A stretch of 64,000 nucleotides of DNA from IMG/VR virus record IMGVR_UViG_3300012039_000001, one strand, 5' to 3'. Positions 60,491 to 64,000 of this stretch are shown piece after piece (within the stretch, counting starts at the first letter, position 1; the number at the start of each line of letters is the position of its first letter). The position numbers and the translations under genes were made by a program. Source of the stretch: a virus. The notes under the pieces were generated by a model. It was not told the origin of the DNA and made no database searches. It saw nothing but the letters and a program-made list of their open reading frames with translations.

Positions 60491-61666
60491 ATGAGTGAAT
60501 CAGTAAAATTGCAAGAAGCTGTAGATTCTGTTGAAAAATACGGAAGCGTAGCCGCAGCTTCTAAGGCTCTTGGAGTTCCAAGGAAAACTCTTAGCGGTAG
60601 ATATCATAAAGCTATTGACAAAGGATATGTTGCTGGGGTTAAACCATTGTCTCCAGACCAAGAAATTCATTTAGATTCTAAGTTAAAAAGTGTAGTCAAA
60701 GAAAAAAGAGAGTTACAAAAGAAATATGATGAATTACTTAAGTTGTTTGAAAATAAAACTGGACAATCAGACGTTATTGAAAAGTTCAACGAAAATATAC
60801 AATCATTAGATTATGAAAAAATACAAATAATCTCTGACAAGTCCCCATCAGAGTCAACCGCTATAATGCTTTGTTCTGATCTGCATTACGAAGAAACAAT
60901 AGATCCAGACACAATAGACAATCTGAACGAATATAATACAAAAATAGCCACACAAAGATTTCATAAACTTTTTCAAAATGGCTTAAAACTGATAGATATG
61001 TGTAGAAGTAAATCTAACATAAAAAAGCTTGTTTTGTGGCTCGGCGGTGACTTAATAAATGGATATATTCACGACGAATTTATAGAAAACAATCAAATGA
61101 GTCCAATAGAGTCATCAATAGATGTTTATGGGCTTTGTGTTTCCGCAATTAATTTTCTGGTAGAAAATGGAGACTTTGACGAAATAGTTGTTGTAAGCAA
61201 TATAGGCAACCACGGACGCACAACAGCTAAAATGGGCGTCACCACAGCATACGAAAACAGCTACGAATGGTTAATATATAACTTCTTATCATCACACTAT
61301 AAAGAATCTAATGTAGTAAAATTCAAATTATCAAAAGGTTATTTTAATTGGTTGAGCGTTTATGGGTACGATCTAAGATTTCATCATGGACATTCAGTCA
61401 AATACGGAGGCGGGATTGGTGGGATTACAGTACCACTTAACAAGGCTATAGCCCAATGGAATCAGGCTCGCACGGCATACCTAGATATAATGGGACATTA
61501 TCATCAGTTAATGTCTAGTAAAAACTTTATAGTTAATGGAAGTATCGTTGGCTATAATGCTTATGCACAGTCTATAAAAGCAGCTTTCGAGAAACCACAA
61601 CAGGGTTTATTTTTAATGCATCCTCGTTATGGCAGGACAATAGAAGCTCCAATATTTTTAGAGTAG
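60491..61666 (+). CDS. HTH + calcineurin-like metallophosphoesterase domain protein
   Basis: N-terminal 'GSVAAASKALGVPRKTLSGRYHKA' HTH, then 'CSDLHYEE', 'LGGDLINGY', 'IGNHGR' and 'HHGH' phosphoesterase motifs. Confidence 0.65.
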   Translation: MSESVKLQEAVDSVEKYGSVAAASKALGVPRKTLSGRYHKAIDKGYVAGVKPLSPDQEIHLDSKLKSVVKEKRELQKKYDELLKLFENKTGQSDVIEKFNENIQSLDYEKIQIISDKSPSESTAIMLCSDLHYEETIDPDTIDNLNEYNTKIATQRFHKLFQNGLKLIDMCRSKSNIKKLVLWLGGDLINGYIHDEFIENNQMSPIESSIDVYGLCVSAINFLVENGDFDEIVVVSNIGNHGRTTAKMGVTTAYENSYEWLIYNFLSSHYKESNVVKFKLSKGYFNWLSVYGYDLRFHHGHSVKYGGGIGGITVPLNKAIAQWNQARTAYLDIMGHYHQLMSSKNFIVNGSIVGYNAYAQSIKAAFEKPQQGLFLMHPRYGRTIEAPIFLE

Positions 61667-61669
61667 ATC

Positions 61670-61813
61670 GTGTCAAAAATAGACAAATTAAAAAAAGATT
61701 TAGATGATTTGGTTGACCAATATATTTCAACACCAATGAAACATGATGTCTTTATGAAAAAGGCAAAAATAATAAGAGACCAAATCAAAGAACTTTCAAA
61801 GGATATTAAATGA
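61670..61813 (+). CDS. small coiled-coil protein (47 aa, GTG start)
   Basis: (M)SKIDKLKKDLDDLVDQYISTPMKHDVFMKKAKIIRDQIKELSKDIK fills the gap. Its stop overlaps the galE start (ATGA). Confidence 0.3.
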   Translation: MSKIDKLKKDLDDLVDQYISTPMKHDVFMKKAKIIRDQIKELSKDIK

Positions 61814-62853
61814 ATAATTGTCTTGTTACTGGCGGTGCTGGATACATCGGATCACACTTAACAAAAAAACTCTGCGATCTAGGCCACGAAGTAACAGTTA
61901 TAGACAACCTATCAACAGGAAATAAAAAAGGCAAAGACGAAAGAGCAAAATTCAACGCCCTATATGATCACGTATCAATTAAAGACCTTAACTACGCAAT
62001 AGATGACCTTATTGACGAAAGAATAGACACAGTTTTTCATCTAGCCGCCTCTCTAGAAGTTGGCGAATCTATGGAAAATCCATTGAAATATTATCAAAAT
62101 AATGTTGCAGAATTAATCAATTTACTAAATTGGATACGAGGGCCAAAATGGTTCGGACAAAAAGATAGATCAAGAATTAAAAGACTTATATTTAGTTCAT
62201 CATGTTCTGTTTACGGTGAGTCTAAAAATCACTTTAAATTGACAGAATTAAACAAAACAAATCCAATAAGCCCTTATGCTAAAACTAAATTAATGTGCGA
62301 CCAAATACTAGAAGATTTCAGTAAAGTAACTGATGTCCAAGTAATATCATTAAGATATTTCAATGTAGCTGGTGCGTCACTAGATGGTAAATTAGGTAAT
62401 TTTAATGAAAAATGCGAGAGTCTAATACCTAAAATTATTCGTCTTGCACTGAAAAATCAACCAATTGAAATATATGGAAATGATTATTTAACAGAAGATG
62501 GGACAGCAATAAGAGATTATATCCATGTCGAAGATGTGGTTGATGCTAATACAAGGTGTTTAGGAAAATTTCCAGATCATATTGATAGCTTCAATCCAAA
62601 TAAAAATTTCAAAATATACAACATAGGATCTGGTAAGGGATTTTCTGTATTAGAAGTAGTGAGAGAATTAGAGAGAGTTCTTAATAAAAACATAGAAATA
62701 ATCTATAAAAATAGAAGATCTGGAGATCCACAATTTGCTGTGGCGGATAATACTTCTTTCTCAAATTATTTTGACTGGAAACCAAAATATAGCGATCTAA
62801 GAACTATGATAGAAACAGAACTTAATTGGATTAAAACATGCAATATAGTGTAG
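61810..62853 (+). CDS. galE: UDP-glucose 4-epimerase (SDR family)
   Basis: 'LVTGGAGYIGSH', 'SSSCSVYG', 'YAKTKL' (YxxxK) and 'LRYFNVAG' are typical of GalE. Confidence 0.85.
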   Translation: MNNCLVTGGAGYIGSHLTKKLCDLGHEVTVIDNLSTGNKKGKDERAKFNALYDHVSIKDLNYAIDDLIDERIDTVFHLAASLEVGESMENPLKYYQNNVAELINLLNWIRGPKWFGQKDRSRIKRLIFSSSCSVYGESKNHFKLTELNKTNPISPYAKTKLMCDQILEDFSKVTDVQVISLRYFNVAGASLDGKLGNFNEKCESLIPKIIRLALKNQPIEIYGNDYLTEDGTAIRDYIHVEDVVDANTRCLGKFPDHIDSFNPNKNFKIYNIGSGKGFSVLEVVRELERVLNKNIEIIYKNRRSGDPQFAVADNTSFSNYFDWKPKYSDLRTMIETELNWIKTCNIV

Positions 62854-63599
62854 TTTGTTATTGTACTACTCCTTATATTCAATTTCTAAAAAAAACTATT
62901 AAATCATGGGGTACTAGAAAAAATGTAAAAAATATATTTGTGTTGATGGATAGTGATAATAATCAAGAAATTTCATATATAAGTAAAAAAATAATTCCAA
63001 TAAGCATATTTGATCCTTCTACTGACATAGGGATTAACTGTGCAAGAAAAGCAGAAGCTTTACAATATATATTAGAAAATACAGAGCAAGAAAATTTACT
63101 CCTCTTAGATGTTGATTGTCTTATAATGAAAGATGTTAATGAATTATTTAAATCAGACTTTGATATAGCTGCTACTGGATATGGGTATTCTACAAATATT
63201 AGTTCTGGATTTTTAGCTATTAAAAATAATCTAAGAAGTAAGATTTTTGTTAAACAATGGGTTAATGCACAAATACAATGTCATGAGACTGAGAGGTCTA
63301 GAGACCAAAAAACACTTTCTAGTTTATTTAAGAAATATTATAAACAGGAAAATCAAAAAAGAGTTCCATCAGATGGAATAAACATATATGATCCTTCAGA
63401 TTTTAAAGATAAAAAGTTTATGCTTTTAGATCATGTTGATTATAACTTCCATCCAGATGGCAATCAAAAATATCAGATAGAAGAATGGATAAAGCAGATA
63501 AAATTATGGAAAAATAAAATACATATTTTACATTTTGCTTTCAAAACTATAGTTGATGATAGTATAATAAATAGGGCCATAGAATCATATAAGGTATAA
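62838..63599 (+). CDS. putative nucleotide-diphospho-sugar glycosyltransferase
   Basis: GT-A-like layout with 'LLLLDVDCLI' (DxD). It follows galE with an overlap. Family not resolved. Confidence 0.5.
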   Translation: MQYSVVCYCTTPYIQFLKKTIKSWGTRKNVKNIFVLMDSDNNQEISYISKKIIPISIFDPSTDIGINCARKAEALQYILENTEQENLLLLDVDCLIMKDVNELFKSDFDIAATGYGYSTNISSGFLAIKNNLRSKIFVKQWVNAQIQCHETERSRDQKTLSSLFKKYYKQENQKRVPSDGINIYDPSDFKDKKFMLLDHVDYNFHPDGNQKYQIEEWIKQIKLWKNKIHILHFAFKTIVDDSIINRAIESYKV

Positions 63600-63600
63600 A

Positions 63601-63768
63601 ATGAAAATTGATCAAATAAAGATATCTAAAGAGCAATTAGAATATTTGTCAGGAGGTAATCCTATTATAGTAAAATATTCTTCAACAGAAAATAATACAA
63701 TAGGTGGAGGTGGTTATGAAGCGACTAAATGCGTAGAAATAATATTGTCATCTGGAGGGTCACAATAA
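63601..63768 (+). CDS. hypothetical protein (55 aa, below ORF-track cutoff)
   Basis: ATG 63601 lies 1 nt after the previous stop. TAATG overlap with the next gene. Confidence 0.35.
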   Translation: MKIDQIKISKEQLEYLSGGNPIIVKYSSTENNTIGGGGYEATKCVEIILSSGGSQ

Positions 63769-64000
63769 TGGAACCGACTTTCGCTTGGTCTAACTCTCGC
63801 GCTAAACTTCTTAATGATTGTGCCTATAAATATTTCCTTAACTACTATGCTTCCTGGAACGGTTGGTTAAAAAATGCTCCAGAGGAAACAAAAAAACTAT
63901 ATCTTCTAAAACAAATGACAAATTGGCCGATGCATTTGGGTACTATTGTTCACTCAATTATAGAAAATGTTATAAATAATTACAAGAACACTGGTAAAAT
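63768..64000 (+). CDS. PD-(D/E)XK (Cas4/RecB-like) nuclease-family protein, 3' end cut by window edge
   Basis: N-terminal 'FAWSNSRAKLLNDCAYKYFLNYY' matches the usual 'S.S.l..f..C..kyyl.y' start of this family. The ORF is open to the window end. Confidence 0.5.
   Translation, partial: MEPTFAWSNSRAKLLNDCAYKYFLNYYASWNGWLKNAPEETKKLYLLKQMTNWPMHLGTIVHSIIENVINNYKNTGK

Noticed and set aside
1-64000. Search for CRISPR arrays, rRNA genes, integrase/att sites, transposases, and introns or inteins in nrdJ/thyX
   Set aside because: No regularly spaced direct repeats, no rRNA-like conserved stretches and no tyrosine/serine recombinase or DDE motifs were seen. nrdJ (590 aa) and thyX (276 aa) are uninterrupted and of normal length.

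Overview
This is a 64-kb, visibly AT-rich window (roughly one-third G+C by eye, not computed) that looks like the accessory or early region of a large tailed phage. About 140 tightly packed or overlapping genes all lie on the + strand. There are 4 tRNAs: Met/Ile2-CAT, Arg-TCT, Asp-GTC and Gly-TCC. There are 4 HNH-type homing-endonuclease-like genes. I saw no rRNA, CRISPR array, integrase, capsid, tail, terminase or replisome genes. Recognisable functions fall into several groups. Nucleotide metabolism: class II RNR, ThyX, dCMP deaminase, GMP-reductase/IMPDH-family enzyme, HAD nucleotidase. An NAD module: Prs-like and NAMPT-like genes, plus a CoaD-family nucleotidyltransferase and an HD hydrolase. 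An RNA-repair toolkit: two RNA ligases, a P-loop kinase, an RlaP-like nucleotidyltransferase and phosphoesterases. Others: peptide deformylase, ClpP, a sigma factor, Dam-type methyltransferase, GalE plus a glycosyltransferase, lipoproteins and a membrane-anchored serine protease. The main finding is at 17.36-21.5 kb: a complete ubiquitin-like conjugation cassette. It comprises a beta-grasp Ubl, an E2-like protein fused to a ~43-Cys tandem CxxC array, a JAB/JAMM peptidase, a second E2-like paralog, a minimal ThiF/E1 and a small membrane protein, all inside a viral gene array. Other notable items are a candidate NAD+ reconstitution pair, a BrxL-like ATPase lacking its Lon domain and coupled to a C39-like cysteine peptidase, and a Ycf46-like AAA+/DUF1257/DUF2997 module. 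A secreted tetraheme c-type cytochrome and a PEP-CTERM/VPLPA-CTERM-type sorted protein are also present. All calls come from motif reading by eye. No database search was run.
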